A stretch of 64,000 nucleotides of DNA from Candidatus Latescibacterota bacterium (GCA_965204375.1 OZ241986.1:1408001-1472000), one strand, 5' to 3'; shown: positions 1 through 10,382, counted from the stretch's first letter. Notes: a model not told the origin generated them from the sequence alone. Numbers and translations are program-made.

Positions 1-2
1 AG

Positions 3-2147
3 GTTTTTAATCCGCTGATCCCCCTCAATGTGAAATGTTCGAGTATCCCATGTGGGATTTTTAATCTGACGGCGAGCAATGAGGGTGATTCCTCTGTAGA
101 AGTCAGTTTTCTGGCTACGCAACAAAATGCGATTGGCATTACGGGAGATGAATCCCATCAGGGTTATGGCGGCAATGTCAACCGCGTGATTCGAGAGGAT
201 GATGCAACTTCGATTCATATGACGCAGGTGTCGTCATCGGATGTGGATATGGTGCTGTCGGCACAGGTGGAAAATGCCTGTGCGACGGCTTCGTGGACCG
301 GCTTGCGCGATTTGTATGAAGCGTTTTCACGAGATGGTGAGTTGGAGTATGTCGAAACAGCGGGGCCGTCGGCTGCAGGCGAAATGGTCGATTGTGCGCT
401 GGCTACGCCATTTGTGCTTCAGCCCGGAGAAAAACGCACTATTACCTTTGTTCTCACCTGGTATTTCCCTAACACCAACCATGGTGCGCATATCTGGGTG
501 AAACACGGCAATATGTATTCAAACTGGTGGACTGATGCACTGGATGTTTATGCGTATCTCAAGGCTAATCTCGCTGATTTGACGCAACAGACGCGGCGGT
601 TTCACGATACGCTTTATGCGTCGAATCTCCCACACTGGTTGCTGGATCGAATAAGTTCGCAGGTTGCCGTGCTGAGAACCAGGACGTGTTTTTGGGCAAA
701 AGATGGGTATTTTGGGGCCAATGAAGGTTGCGCACCAACTTCGGGTTGTTGTCTGGGGAATTGCAGTCATGTGTGGCACTATGCACAGGCGCATGCGCGT
801 CTTTTTCCCGAGATCGCGCGGAGAATGCGCGAGCAGACGTTTGCTCTGCAGCGGGAAGATGGGGGATTGCCTTTTCGCCACAGTGATCGCCATTTTGAAA
901 TACAGGGTCCGGCAATTGATGGGATACTCGGCGATATTTTGAGTACGTATCGCGAGTATCAGTGTGGCTCAGATCAGCAGTGGTTGCACGCGCATTGGCC
1001 CAGCGCGCAGAAGGCGATGAATTTTGTGATTGCGCGTTGGGATTCAGATGAAGATGGCTTGTTATCAGGTTCGCAACACAATACGCTTGATGGTGAACTG
1101 TCGGGGTCAACATCGTGGATGGGTACGCTATACCTGTCGGCTCTTGCGGCGTGTGAAAAGATGGCGGTATTGGAAGATGATGCGCAGGCCGCCGGTCGAT
1201 ATCTCAGGTTGCGCGAGAAGGGAACACGAAATCAGAACCAGACGCTCTGGAATGGCGAGTATTATGTGCAGAGCCCCGACGAGGATGCCCATGAAGACTA
1301 CGGAGATGGTTGCCATATCGATCAGGTGCTTGGCGAGTGGTGGGCACCGCAGGTAAATTTGTCGAGTCACTATCCCCGGGCAAATATCCGTTCGGCGCTG
1401 CGGTCTCTTTTGCAGTACAATTTCAAGCATCATTTTCGCACGACGACACAGCGACCAAGAAAATTTGTCGATAATGACGATGCGGCCATGAAGATGATTT
1501 CTTGGCCAAAAAGTCCTCAGCCATTTCGCAGTATGAAATACGGCGATGAGGCGATGACGGGTTTTGAGTATGGTGCTGCTGCAACGATGGTTCAGTTTGG
1601 AATGCTCAGGGAGGGGTTGATGGTTGCTCGCGCTGTTTACGATCGCTACGATGGCAAGCTGCGCGATCAGTTGACGGAGATGAATACGGCGTCATGGGGG
1701 TATAGCGGAAATCCGTTTGGCGATGATGAATGCGGCAAATTTTATGCACGGGCGATGAGTGTGTGGTCGTTGTTGCTCGCTTGCCAGGGTTTTGTATATG
1801 AAGGTCCCAAAGCGAGGATTGGCTTTGCACCTGTATGGAACCCCGCTGATCACGTATCCTTTTTTACCGCAGCCGAGGGATGGGGCCTGTTCAGACAGAG
1901 ACGCGATGTGCAAATGCAGGTTATGGAATTAAGCGTTGAATGGGGGTGCCTGCCCGTTCGGATATTTGAATTTGAATTACCTAAAGGTCGGCAGGTACAA
2001 TCGGTTTTTGCTTCCGTCGGTGGGGAGGAGGTGAGTACGATCGCCTCATTTAGCGGTTCCAAAGTGATCCTGACCATGGAAGAAGAAGTTGTTTTGACCA
2101 CTGGGGATAAGATGGTCATTGAGGTATCGTTCAATCTCCCCCCCTGA
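3..2147 (+). CDS. GH116 family glycoside hydrolase (non-lysosomal glucosylceramidase-like), 5'-truncated
   Basis: The frame is open to the window edge (VFNPLIPLNVKCSSIP resembles the GH116 N-domain). Motifs GNCSHVWHYAQA, QHNTLD, LWNGEYY, GCHIDQ, TGFEY, NPFGDDECGKFYARAMS. Confidence 0.85.
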   Translation, partial: VFNPLIPLNVKCSSIPCGIFNLTASNEGDSSVEVSFLATQQNAIGITGDESHQGYGGNVNRVIREDDATSIHMTQVSSSDVDMVLSAQVENACATASWTGLRDLYEAFSRDGELEYVETAGPSAAGEMVDCALATPFVLQPGEKRTITFVLTWYFPNTNHGAHIWVKHGNMYSNWWTDALDVYAYLKANLADLTQQTRRFHDTLYASNLPHWLLDRISSQVAVLRTRTCFWAKDGYFGANEGCAPTSGCCLGNCSHVWHYAQAHARLFPEIARRMREQTFALQREDGGLPFRHSDRHFEIQGPAIDGILGDILSTYREYQCGSDQQWLHAHWPSAQKAMNFVIARWDSDEDGLLSGSQHNTLDGELSGSTSWMGTLYLSALAACEKMAVLEDDAQAAGRYLRLREKGTRNQNQTLWNGEYYVQSPDEDAHEDYGDGCHIDQVLGEWWAPQVNLSSHYPRANIRSALRSLLQYNFKHHFRTTTQRPRKFVDNDDAAMKMISWPKSPQPFRSMKYGDEAMTGFEYGAAATMVQFGMLREGLMVARAVYDRYDGKLRDQLTEMNTASWGYSGNPFGDDECGKFYARAMSVWSLLLACQGFVYEGPKARIGFAPVWNPADHVSFFTAAEGWGLFRQRRDVQMQVMELSVEWGCLPVRIFEFELPKGRQVQSVFASVGGEEVSTIASFSGSKVILTMEEEVVLTTGDKMVIEVSFNLPP

Positions 2148-2172
2148 CAACAAAAAAAGAAAGGATTAGGGC

Positions 2173-2982
2173 ATGAATCAACCCTTGCAGTTGAAGAGAT
2201 ATTTTTGGGACGCAGTTGTTGCGACCATGGTTTGCTCGTTGGTCACCACATCAGAAACAGATGCACAACCTGACGGAAATGAATGGGTTGAACGTTACGA
2301 ACCGCACGTTTTCAACGAGATGCCATATCGGCTGTTGAAGCCCATAGATTTTGATTCGGACAAGCGCTATCCCGTTATCGTTTCATTGCATGGTGGAGGT
2401 GGCCGAGGGACAGATAATCGAAAACAATTGCGTGGCTGGAATAGACTTCTTGCAGACGAGCAGAGGCAAACGGATTATCCCTCTTATGTGCTCGCTCCTC
2501 AAGTCAATCGTTTGTGGAATGCAGAAGACCTCCAAAAGATCAAAGATCTCATTGCAACATTGCCGTCCGTTGATATGGACAGAATATACGTTCTTGGGCA
2601 CTCCATGGGTGGCCACGGTACCCATGTCTTTTTACAAATTGATCCCCATTATTTCGCCGCGGCAGCACCTTCGGCTGGAACGGGTTTGCCTCAGACAGAA
2701 GAATTTATCGATGCGTCGGTGATTAAAGATGTTCCGATATGGGCTTTCCACGGGGATCTGGATAAGGTCTGTCCATTTGAACGCGCTCAAAAACTTTTTG
2801 GGGAGATGCAGAAATTAGGTGGGAACATGAAGTTCACGGTCTGGACGGGTGATGGACATAGTGTTGCTATGAAAATGATTACTGGTGCCGACAATGGCAG
2901 CACCCAACTCAGCAGCGATCGCTGTGATCCCGAGCCTGTGTTTATGAAATGGCTTTTTGCACAAAAACGCACTGGCGACTGA
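2173..2982 (+). CDS. Secreted alpha/beta hydrolase (predicted peptidase/phospholipase/esterase, COG4099-like)
   Basis: Signal-like N-terminus; YPVIVSLHGGG, DRIYVLGHSMGG nucleophile elbow, IWAFHGDLD, GH. Confidence 0.8.
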   Translation: MNQPLQLKRYFWDAVVATMVCSLVTTSETDAQPDGNEWVERYEPHVFNEMPYRLLKPIDFDSDKRYPVIVSLHGGGGRGTDNRKQLRGWNRLLADEQRQTDYPSYVLAPQVNRLWNAEDLQKIKDLIATLPSVDMDRIYVLGHSMGGHGTHVFLQIDPHYFAAAAPSAGTGLPQTEEFIDASVIKDVPIWAFHGDLDKVCPFERAQKLFGEMQKLGGNMKFTVWTGDGHSVAMKMITGADNGSTQLSSDRCDPEPVFMKWLFAQKRTGD

Positions 2983-3178
2983 GTAGATTTTTTCGCACTT
3001 GATGATGAACAGCATGTTCATATCTCGGAATGGAAATTGAACATTGTGTTGCAAATATTGTATTGATTTTTTTGCCGTTAAATTTGTAAATGCATATAAA
3101 TAAAAGATTTGTAAAATATCTCAATCAACGGCACTGATTTTGCCTGATGTTGTGGAAACAATATCAGGGAGATAGTAT

Positions 3179-3871
3179 ATGAATGGCTTTGTAAAAAATA
3201 GAGGAGGTATCGCGGGTGTGGCGGATGTGGATATGCCACGAGAAAAGCTCGAGCGTTTGGGACCAGAGGCATTGCGAGATGAGGAACTGCTGGCAATTTT
3301 GCTGCGAACGGGATACGAGGGCCGAAATGTTCTGGAAATTTCGCGTGGGATAATCAAGCGCTATCCTGTGAATAAACTCGTGGAGATGGATCTGAAAAAT
3401 CTCACGACAATAAAGGGAATCGGGCAGGCAAAAGCCGCGGGTTTAGTCGCGGGATTTGAACTGGCAAAACGAGGTCTCAATCAGGGAATAGGAATTGAGC
3501 CTACTATTACGAGTCCGGTTGACGTTTTGGGGTTTCTGACCGATATCAAAGATCGGCGCAAAGAATATTTTGTGGCGCTTTTTCTCAATGCGCGGAATCA
3601 GGTGATTTGCCGCGAAGATGTGTCGGTTGGCTCGCTCAACGCCTCGCTCGTGCATCCGCGAGAGGTCTTTGCCCCAGCCGTGGGATCATCTGCTGCAAGT
3701 GTGATTTTGGCGCACAATCATCCCAGCGGCGATGTAACACCGAGTCGAGAAGATATTGAACTTACGCGCCGCATGGTGCAGGCTGGTGAGATTATGGGGA
3801 TTGAGGTACTGGACCATCTGATCGTCGGTTCGGAGCGGTTCTTGAGTATGAAAGAGGCGAATGTCTTTTAG
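3179..3871 (+). CDS. radC: RadC family JAB-domain protein
   Basis: PREKL...ELLAILLRTG, HhH GIGQAKA, VHPREVF, HNHPSGDVTPSRED, LDHLIVG. Confidence 0.95.
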   Translation: MNGFVKNRGGIAGVADVDMPREKLERLGPEALRDEELLAILLRTGYEGRNVLEISRGIIKRYPVNKLVEMDLKNLTTIKGIGQAKAAGLVAGFELAKRGLNQGIGIEPTITSPVDVLGFLTDIKDRRKEYFVALFLNARNQVICREDVSVGSLNASLVHPREVFAPAVGSSAASVILAHNHPSGDVTPSREDIELTRRMVQAGEIMGIEVLDHLIVGSERFLSMKEANVF

Positions 3872-3879
3872 GTGGTGAT

Positions 3880-4689
3880 ATGAGCCGACTATTAACATTG
3901 ACAACAGATTTTGGTCTTTCTGATGGCTATGTTGCTGCGATGAAGGGCGTGGTGCTTAGCTGTATGCCAGAAGCTCGAATCGTAGATATAACACATCAAG
4001 TGCCGCCTCAAGATATTGCTGCTGGTGCTTTTGCGATGTATTGTGCGTGTCCTTTTTTTCCTGAGGGTAGTGTACACGTTGGGGTGGTTGACCCGGGGGT
4101 GGGGAGTGATCGACGGGGCATTGTCGTTGAAACAGAGCAATTTGTATATGTCGGGCCAGATAATGGCCTGTTTTCTCCTGTTTACGAGCGGGAAATTGTA
4201 CGGCGTATTGTAGCGATTGAAAATGCGGCATTGATGAGATCCGTTGTAAGTTCGACTTTTCACGGACGAGATGTATTTGCCCTGGTGGGGGCGCATTTAC
4301 TCAGGGGGATGTCAGGTGAAGAGGTGGGACCGGAAATTGAGGATCCAGTCACATGCGATTTGTGGGGCGTTGAAGAACGTGCTGATGCACTCGTTGGGCG
4401 AGTGGTGTGCGTTGACCATTTTGGCAACGCGATTTCAATGATTGCGCGGTCACAAATTGATGCAAAATATCCCGATGGGGATTTTGAGATCGTCGTTGGG
4501 AAGACCCGGTTTGATCGGATATGTCAGACATATAGCCAGGTCAAAGAAGGAGAAGTTCTAGCGCTTTACGGCAGTTTGGATACGCTGGAGATCGCGGTTT
4601 GTGGGGGCAGTGCAAGCAGGTCACTCGGTGTAAAACGAGGGGATGAGATTTGCGTTTATAGAGGTCAGGGTAGGAGAGATAGTAGTTGA
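3880..4689 (+). CDS. SAM hydroxide adenosyltransferase / SAM hydrolase (DUF62, chlorinase/fluorinase family)
   Basis: TTDFG, VVDPGVGSDRR, GPDNG, STFHGRDVF, DHFGN, LEIAV. Confidence 0.9.
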   Translation: MSRLLTLTTDFGLSDGYVAAMKGVVLSCMPEARIVDITHQVPPQDIAAGAFAMYCACPFFPEGSVHVGVVDPGVGSDRRGIVVETEQFVYVGPDNGLFSPVYEREIVRRIVAIENAALMRSVVSSTFHGRDVFALVGAHLLRGMSGEEVGPEIEDPVTCDLWGVEERADALVGRVVCVDHFGNAISMIARSQIDAKYPDGDFEIVVGKTRFDRICQTYSQVKEGEVLALYGSLDTLEIAVCGGSASRSLGVKRGDEICVYRGQGRRDSS

Positions 4690-5354
4690 GAAATGCGGTC
4701 TATTTCAATATCGGGCTGTTCTGATGGGGTTTGAGGCTTTCTGTTTTTTTGTCGGCCATGACGCATGTGTACAGTGGTCATACCCAGGGTTTTTGCCGTG
4801 GCGATCTCATCGGTGAGTTTGTCGCCCACGCATAGAATGTGGGCGTGGGGCAAGGATAATGCTTTTGCGGCCTGTGTGAGCGATGCCTCTTTATCGCTGC
4901 TTTTTCGGTCGTCGTGCAGGATGAGAGTATTGTCGCCCTCGCTAAAATAATTGCACAAGCCGAGAAGGCGAACTTTTTCGCGCTGACGATCGGGATTTCC
5001 AGAGGTGACAAGGGCGAGTTGATAGCTGCGTTGGACAAGGGTAGCGAGGGTGGGGAGTACATCGGGAAAAGGAGTAATGGCTTCCACATTGTGGGGATTG
5101 TACGCGTTGAGTGCCCGTTCTACAATGTTGGCCGGGATATTGTACTGTGCACCAAGTAAGCGAATGGCCTCTGAAGAGCCATGCGTTTGGGAAAGTGACA
5201 CCTGTTGCTGATAACCGGTCTCAATTGAGAGGTTGGGATGTGCTGAAGCGAGAATCTGAGCGACTCTGCGTCGTGCCGGTTGGGTGAGTTGGCCCGTGCA
5301 GTCAAAGAGAGTGTCGTCGAGGTCAAAAATAATGCCTCTAATTTTTCCTATCAT
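4665..5354 (-). CDS. HAD family hydrolase
   Basis: FDLDDTL motif I, LVTSG motif II, K, VGDKLTDEI motif IV. Confidence 0.9.
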   Translation of the reverse strand: MIGKIRGIIFDLDDTLFDCTGQLTQPARRRVAQILASAHPNLSIETGYQQQVSLSQTHGSSEAIRLLGAQYNIPANIVERALNAYNPHNVEAITPFPDVLPTLATLVQRSYQLALVTSGNPDRQREKVRLLGLCNYFSEGDNTLILHDDRKSSDKEASLTQAAKALSLPHAHILCVGDKLTDEIATAKTLGMTTVHMRHGRQKNRKPQTPSEQPDIEIDRISQLLSLLP

Positions 5355-7309
5355 TCGTCCAGGCCCCAGTAGTCGGGTACGCTCAGGCCGCAGAAAATGC
5401 GACAGATCGCATCGGCGACTTTGGCCGGGTCGTGGCTGATAAAATCGCCCTCGTCGCGCTCTATGGCATCGGGATGAAATTCTTCTAAGAAGTCAGCGCG
5501 GGTCCAGGGACCGAGTGCGTCGAGCGTTTCTGTATCGGATTCAACCAGGACTTTGCCATCTTTTTTGTATTTTTTGAGCAGTGGGTGCCAGTCCTTGCTT
5601 TTGGGCGTTTGGAAAATGCGGAGGTCCTGCACCAACGTGTGATCAATGACGCCATCTCGTTGATTTTCGGGAATGTGTTTGAAGATGGATTTGAGGTGGT
5701 CAGAGGCTCTAAAATCGTCGGTTTGTCCGGGTTGTGTGACGATGTTGCATACATAGATGGTTTTGCCCTGAGCGCGTTTGATCAGTGCTTTTTGAATGTC
5801 GGGCACGAGGAGATTGGTGATGACACTTGTGTACAGGCTACCCGGTCCTATGACGACGATATCTGCATCTGCAATGGCTTGCAAAGCGCCACGCGGTGCT
5901 CTAATCTGATCTTGTTCCAGGCTCACTTTGCGCCCCTGGCGCACGCGGATTTCAACCTGTCCTGTTTCGGGATCTATGACGCGCTCGAGCGCGCTGTTTT
6001 TGCGATTGAGTTCGCGCAAGAGTGCGTCATTGGTGACGAGATACGCCCGCTCGAGTGGTGGTTTGCCGGATTTTCTGACCATCCATTCGGTATAGCGATG
6101 TTCGCCATTTGTCAGTTTGGCACAAATATCGACATTGTCGGTGCTGGCAGGGAAAACAGTGCCCTGTACGTGTAGCATGTCGCTGGCTGTTTTTATAGCC
6201 GCGTGAAAATCACCGAGTTGCTGGGTGAGTGCAGCCACGAGAAAATTGCCAATATGGTCGTTCTTAAAAATACCGGATTCTTGTTCGCTGTTGGGAAAGC
6301 GGTGTTGGAAGACGTTGAAAAGTCCCTGAGATATCTGTTCGGGATCGGCAAGTGCTGTGAGGGCATTGCGAATGTCGCCGGGGGGCTGGACTCCCAAATT
6401 CCAGCGGATACGCCCCGAGGAAGCTCCGCTATCGGTCACGGCAACGACGGCTGTTGGATGGCGGGTATAGGGCCTTAGCCCGCGCAAGACAGTGGGAAGG
6501 CCAGTGCCGCCGCCGATAACGGCAATTCTGAATCTGTCGGGGGTTTTGCCGATCCGCGAGAGGTGCAATAATGTGGATAGTTGGGCGAGATATTTGATTT
6601 CGTAGTCGGGGCGGTCGCCTATTGCGGGTGTTTCGCGGGAAAATCTTCCGCGCCGCAACCAGATTGTGGTGAGGCCTTGGCGATTGCCCGCGCGGATTTC
6701 GTCATGGGTGCGGTCGCCAACGACGATGAGTTGGTCGGGAGAGAGATTGTGGCTTTCCATGAGTTCTGAAAACCAATAGGCATGTGCAGGGGGACCTTCG
6801 TTGATGATGCGATCAAAATAAGGAGCAATGCCCAGGCATTCAATTTTGTTGCGCTGACGACGTACTCTGCCCAGTGTGACCAGAAACAGTTTATAGCCCG
6901 CGTGGCGCAATTCTTGAAGGGTGTGTAACGCATCGGGATAGGGGCGAATATCTTCTACATCTTCGGCATTGTAAACGCGCTCCATTTCTGCTACGAGGGC
7001 TTCGACCGGCTCGGCTTCCGGGTCGGTATTTTGTTTGTCGAGAAAACGTCGCACTTGGTCGGGTTTGTCTTTGAAGACAGCTTTGGCGATATCGAAAAAG
7101 GCGCAATAATAGGGCGAGGATGAATAATAAGGACCGTGTTTGCGTTCGAGCGTATTGATGCGCTGGCGTGCGTAGGCACGAGTGGCAAAAAAACCGTTTG
7201 AAAATAGAAAGGTAGCAACGCGTTGGCGCGCAGCATGTACGACGGGTGTCAGGTCAAAGAGGGTTCCGTCGAGGTCGAACACGACCGCGCGGGCATTTTC
7301 CAGAGACAC
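5351..7309 (-). CDS. Fusion of an N-terminal HAD hydrolase and a C-terminal YvcK/GlmR (UPF0052/CofD-like) domain
   Basis: N-half FDLDGTL, LVTLG, VGDRTHDEI; C-half IGGGTGL, VTDSGASSGR, PPGDIRN, HIGN, IGPGSLYTS, CNIVTQPGQT, HDP. GTG start after GGAG. Confidence 0.9.
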   Translation of the reverse strand: MSLENARAVVFDLDGTLFDLTPVVHAARQRVATFLFSNGFFATRAYARQRINTLERKHGPYYSSSPYYCAFFDIAKAVFKDKPDQVRRFLDKQNTDPEAEPVEALVAEMERVYNAEDVEDIRPYPDALHTLQELRHAGYKLFLVTLGRVRRQRNKIECLGIAPYFDRIINEGPPAHAYWFSELMESHNLSPDQLIVVGDRTHDEIRAGNRQGLTTIWLRRGRFSRETPAIGDRPDYEIKYLAQLSTLLHLSRIGKTPDRFRIAVIGGGTGLPTVLRGLRPYTRHPTAVVAVTDSGASSGRIRWNLGVQPPGDIRNALTALADPEQISQGLFNVFQHRFPNSEQESGIFKNDHIGNFLVAALTQQLGDFHAAIKTASDMLHVQGTVFPASTDNVDICAKLTNGEHRYTEWMVRKSGKPPLERAYLVTNDALLRELNRKNSALERVIDPETGQVEIRVRQGRKVSLEQDQIRAPRGALQAIADADIVVIGPGSLYTSVITNLLVPDIQKALIKRAQGKTIYVCNIVTQPGQTDDFRASDHLKSIFKHIPENQRDGVIDHTLVQDLRIFQTPKSKDWHPLLKKYKKDGKVLVESDTETLDALGPWTRADFLEEFHPDAIERDEGDFISHDPAKVADAICRIFCGLSVPDYWGLDE

Positions 7310-7381
7310 GGCACATCTCCGCGGTTGAGTGGTGGAATCAGCGGAAAAGATAAGGACTTTTTAGGTTAAGAAAAAAAATAG

Positions 7382-8110
7382 ATGTGGGGAAGAAGAAAGA
7401 TTGTGCAAATAGTATGGAAAATTTGGAAGGCGGCGCTCAATTTTGTTTATCCGTCGTCTTGTATGATTTGCAAGGCATCGCTACCGGATTCGCCGGGGTT
7501 GTGTGATTCGTGTTGGGATGATATCGAGATTTGGGATTCTGAACTACACGCGGTGGGTTTTGAGCACGAATTTGATCAGATAGTTATTTTGTATCAATTT
7601 AATGATTGTGTTCGGTCGTTGATTCACGCGCTCAAATACCGAGGGAAAACGCTGCCTGGACAGATATTTGGCGAGGCTCTGGGGCAACGCATTGCGGACC
7701 TTGTCGAATCCGATACGGTAATTGTTCCGGTGCCTCTTCACTCTGGAAAAAAAAGAGCACGCGGCTACAATCAGAGTGAGATTATTGCACGGGCTACAGG
7801 ACGGGTATCGGGTTTACAAGTGATGGCAAACGCGCTGAAAAGAGTGCGACCAACTCCTACGCAGACGCACCTGGGGGTTTTGGAACGCGAATACAATGTA
7901 CGGGGAGCATTTCGCGTGCGTTGTCCCGCGTCTATTGAGGGGAGAAAATTTTTTTTGATTGACGATGTCATCACGACGGGTGCGACGCTCAATGCGTGTG
8001 TTCATGCGCTTAGATCTGCGGGGGCGCAATGCGTGTCTATTGGGGCTGTTGCCAGTCCCCCATTCGGTGAGGATGATCTATCTCAAGATGTAGAAAAATC
8101 GGGGTCTTGA
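7382..8110 (+). CDS. comF: ComF family protein (zinc ribbon + phosphoribosyltransferase domain)
   Basis: CxxC...CxxC, VPVPLH, RGYNQSE, LIDDVITTGATL. Confidence 0.9.
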   Translation: MWGRRKIVQIVWKIWKAALNFVYPSSCMICKASLPDSPGLCDSCWDDIEIWDSELHAVGFEHEFDQIVILYQFNDCVRSLIHALKYRGKTLPGQIFGEALGQRIADLVESDTVIVPVPLHSGKKRARGYNQSEIIARATGRVSGLQVMANALKRVRPTPTQTHLGVLEREYNVRGAFRVRCPASIEGRKFFLIDDVITTGATLNACVHALRSAGAQCVSIGAVASPPFGEDDLSQDVEKSGS

Positions 8111-8158
8111 CGCTGATTTTATATTTTAGTAGGCGTATCTGCGATAAATACAACGGGC

Positions 8159-8187
8159 TTGACAGGTATGTTGCAATACCTTAAACT
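8159..8187 (+). promoter_or_regulatory. Sigma70-like promoter of the glycolytic operon with a palindrome in the spacer
   Basis: TTGACA-17 bp-TAAACT; AGGTAT-N6-ATACCT inverted repeat at 8164-8181. Confidence 0.6.
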
Positions 8188-8257
8188 TCAGGTCTTTGAA
8201 AATCTTAAAGGGCTCAGGCGCTTATGCTCATTATAGTGATTTTGTAAGGGAGATATT

Positions 8258-9298
8258 ATGTCTGTAAAACGCGTTGGCATACTTACAGGTGGCGGCGATT
8301 GCCCAGGTCTTAATGCGGTAATCCGCGCGATTGTACGCAAAGGCATTATGGTTTATAATTATGACATGACGGGTGTGCAGGAGGGATGGCGAGGGATGCT
8401 TGAAGGGCTGTCAGTACCTCTGGATTTGGATGCTGTTTCGGGGATTTTGCCGCGCGGTGGAACAATTTTGGGATCGTCGCGGACAAATCCGTATCAAGAT
8501 GGTGCAGATGGCGGTGCGCTCGTGCGGACGGGGATGGAGAAAATGGGTTTGGACGCGCTGATTGCCATTGGGGGCGATGATACGCTTGGTGTAGCTCACC
8601 AACTCACAGATCAGGGTATCAAAGTGGTAGGTGTGCCCAAAACCATTGATAATGACCTGGATGGCACAGACCAGACCTTTGGTTTTGATACGGCGATTAA
8701 TATTGTGATGGAGGCGATTGACCGCCTGCATACAACGGCTGAATCCCACAACCGCGTGATGGTTGTCGAGGTTATGGGCCGTCACGCCGGTTGGATTGCC
8801 GTGGAGTCCGGTATTGCAGGGGGGGCGGATGTAATTCTGATCCCGGAAGTCCCGTTTGATATGGATGACGTGTGTGATACGATCAGAAAACGCCATGCCC
8901 GCGGCAAAACATTTAGTATTGTAGTCGTTGCTGAAGGGGCCAAGCTCGACGACGACAGTATGGTGTTGCAATCCCAGGAAAAAGATGCATTTGGGCATGT
9001 TCGCCTGGGGGGCATTGGCAATTTGCTGAGTGATGAAATTGAGCGGCGCACCGGATACGAAAGTCGCGCAACCGTGCTGGGACATATTCAACGCGGCGGT
9101 AGCCCCTCTGCGTATGACCGGGTGTTGGGGACGCGATTTGGAATTGCGGCAATTGATCTGATACAGGAAGGCAATTTTGGCAAGATGGTGGCGCTGCGAG
9201 GGCAAAATATTGTTGCGATTAATTTGAAAGAGGCCGTGTCGAAGTTGCGCACTGTAGATATGGGTCTTTACGATATTGCCAAAGTATTTTTCGGATAA
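8258..9298 (+). CDS. pfkA: 6-phosphofructokinase, probably PPi-dependent
   Basis: [48 protein letters not shown]. Confidence 0.95.
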   Translation: MSVKRVGILTGGGDCPGLNAVIRAIVRKGIMVYNYDMTGVQEGWRGMLEGLSVPLDLDAVSGILPRGGTILGSSRTNPYQDGADGGALVRTGMEKMGLDALIAIGGDDTLGVAHQLTDQGIKVVGVPKTIDNDLDGTDQTFGFDTAINIVMEAIDRLHTTAESHNRVMVVEVMGRHAGWIAVESGIAGGADVILIPEVPFDMDDVCDTIRKRHARGKTFSIVVVAEGAKLDDDSMVLQSQEKDAFGHVRLGGIGNLLSDEIERRTGYESRATVLGHIQRGGSPSAYDRVLGTRFGIAAIDLIQEGNFGKMVALRGQNIVAINLKEAVSKLRTVDMGLYDIAKVFFG

Positions 9299-9314
9299 TG
9301 ATTTGGAGGAAATT

Positions 9315-10346
9315 ATGGTGGGACTAAGAGTAGGAATCAATGGGTTTGGGCGGATAGGGCGGCTGGTATTTCGCGCGGCGATGGCGCGTGGTCTCAATGT
9401 GGTAGCTGTAAACGATTTGACCGATGCTGCAAGTCTGGCGCATTTGCTCAAGTACGATTCGACGCATGGACGGTATCCGGGGTGTGTTAAACATCGGGAA
9501 AACGGCGTGCAAGTTGAAAAATCATCGGTTGACGCGCTTGTGGTAGATGGCAAAATGGTAGCTGTTTTGTCCGAACGCGATCCGGCACAGTTGCCATGGA
9601 GGTCATTGGGTGTGGATGTGGTGATTGAATCGACGGGCTTTTTTACCGATAAAGAGTCAGCGAGTGCCCATTTGGGAGAAAAAGGTGCAAAGAAAGTGAT
9701 TATTTCTGCGCCTGCCAAAGGGGATTTACCCACTGTGGTAATGGGAATTAATGACGATGTTTTACAAAAAGACGATACGGTTATTTCCAATGCCTCGTGT
9801 ACGACCAACTGTCTGGCACCTATGGTGAGTGTGTTGCACGATTCTTTTGGCGTTGTACACGGGCTTATGACCACTATCCATTCTTATACGGGTGATCAGA
9901 GTCTTATCGATGCGCCCCATTCGGATATGCGCCGTGCGCGGTCTGCTGCTCTGTCGATGATTCCGACGACAACAGGCGCAGCGAGTGCAGTGGGTCTGGT
10001 TATTCCCGAACTAAATGGCAAACTCGATGGCATGGCCGTGCGCGTTCCCACACCAGATGGTTCATTTACCGATTTTGTCGCAGTGCTGAAAAAAGAGGTG
10101 ACTGCAGAAGAGGTGAATAATGCCTTTGAGTGTGCAGCGCATGGGCGTTTGAAAGGGATTCTGGAATATACCGATGATCCCATTGTTTCTGCTGACATCC
10201 TGGGGAATGCCCATTCTTGTATTTTCGATTCGATGATTACGACAGTGATGTCGGGCAATATGGTGAAGGTATGTGGATGGTACGACAATGAGTGGGGGTA
10301 TTCCAATCGGTGTGTGGATTTGATCGCGAAGTTGGCGGAGATGTAA
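9315..10346 (+). CDS. gap: Type I glyceraldehyde-3-phosphate dehydrogenase
   Basis: [28 protein letters not shown]; ATG 9315 after GGAGG. Confidence 0.97.
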   Translation: MVGLRVGINGFGRIGRLVFRAAMARGLNVVAVNDLTDAASLAHLLKYDSTHGRYPGCVKHRENGVQVEKSSVDALVVDGKMVAVLSERDPAQLPWRSLGVDVVIESTGFFTDKESASAHLGEKGAKKVIISAPAKGDLPTVVMGINDDVLQKDDTVISNASCTTNCLAPMVSVLHDSFGVVHGLMTTIHSYTGDQSLIDAPHSDMRRARSAALSMIPTTTGAASAVGLVIPELNGKLDGMAVRVPTPDGSFTDFVAVLKKEVTAEEVNNAFECAAHGRLKGILEYTDDPIVSADILGNAHSCIFDSMITTVMSGNMVKVCGWYDNEWGYSNRCVDLIAKLAEM

Positions 10347-10382
10347 AATAGTCGCTGATTCTGACTTTTGAGAGGCGATAGC

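Noticed and set aside
3179-3871. radC as a marker of a mobile element
   Set aside because: Full-length chromosomal type with HhH region, flanked by housekeeping genes.
3880-4689. Possible SAM-dependent fluorinase/chlorinase
   Set aside because: It has TFHGRD with the Asp-Arg-His residues typical of DUF62 SAM hydrolases, and there is no secondary-metabolite context.
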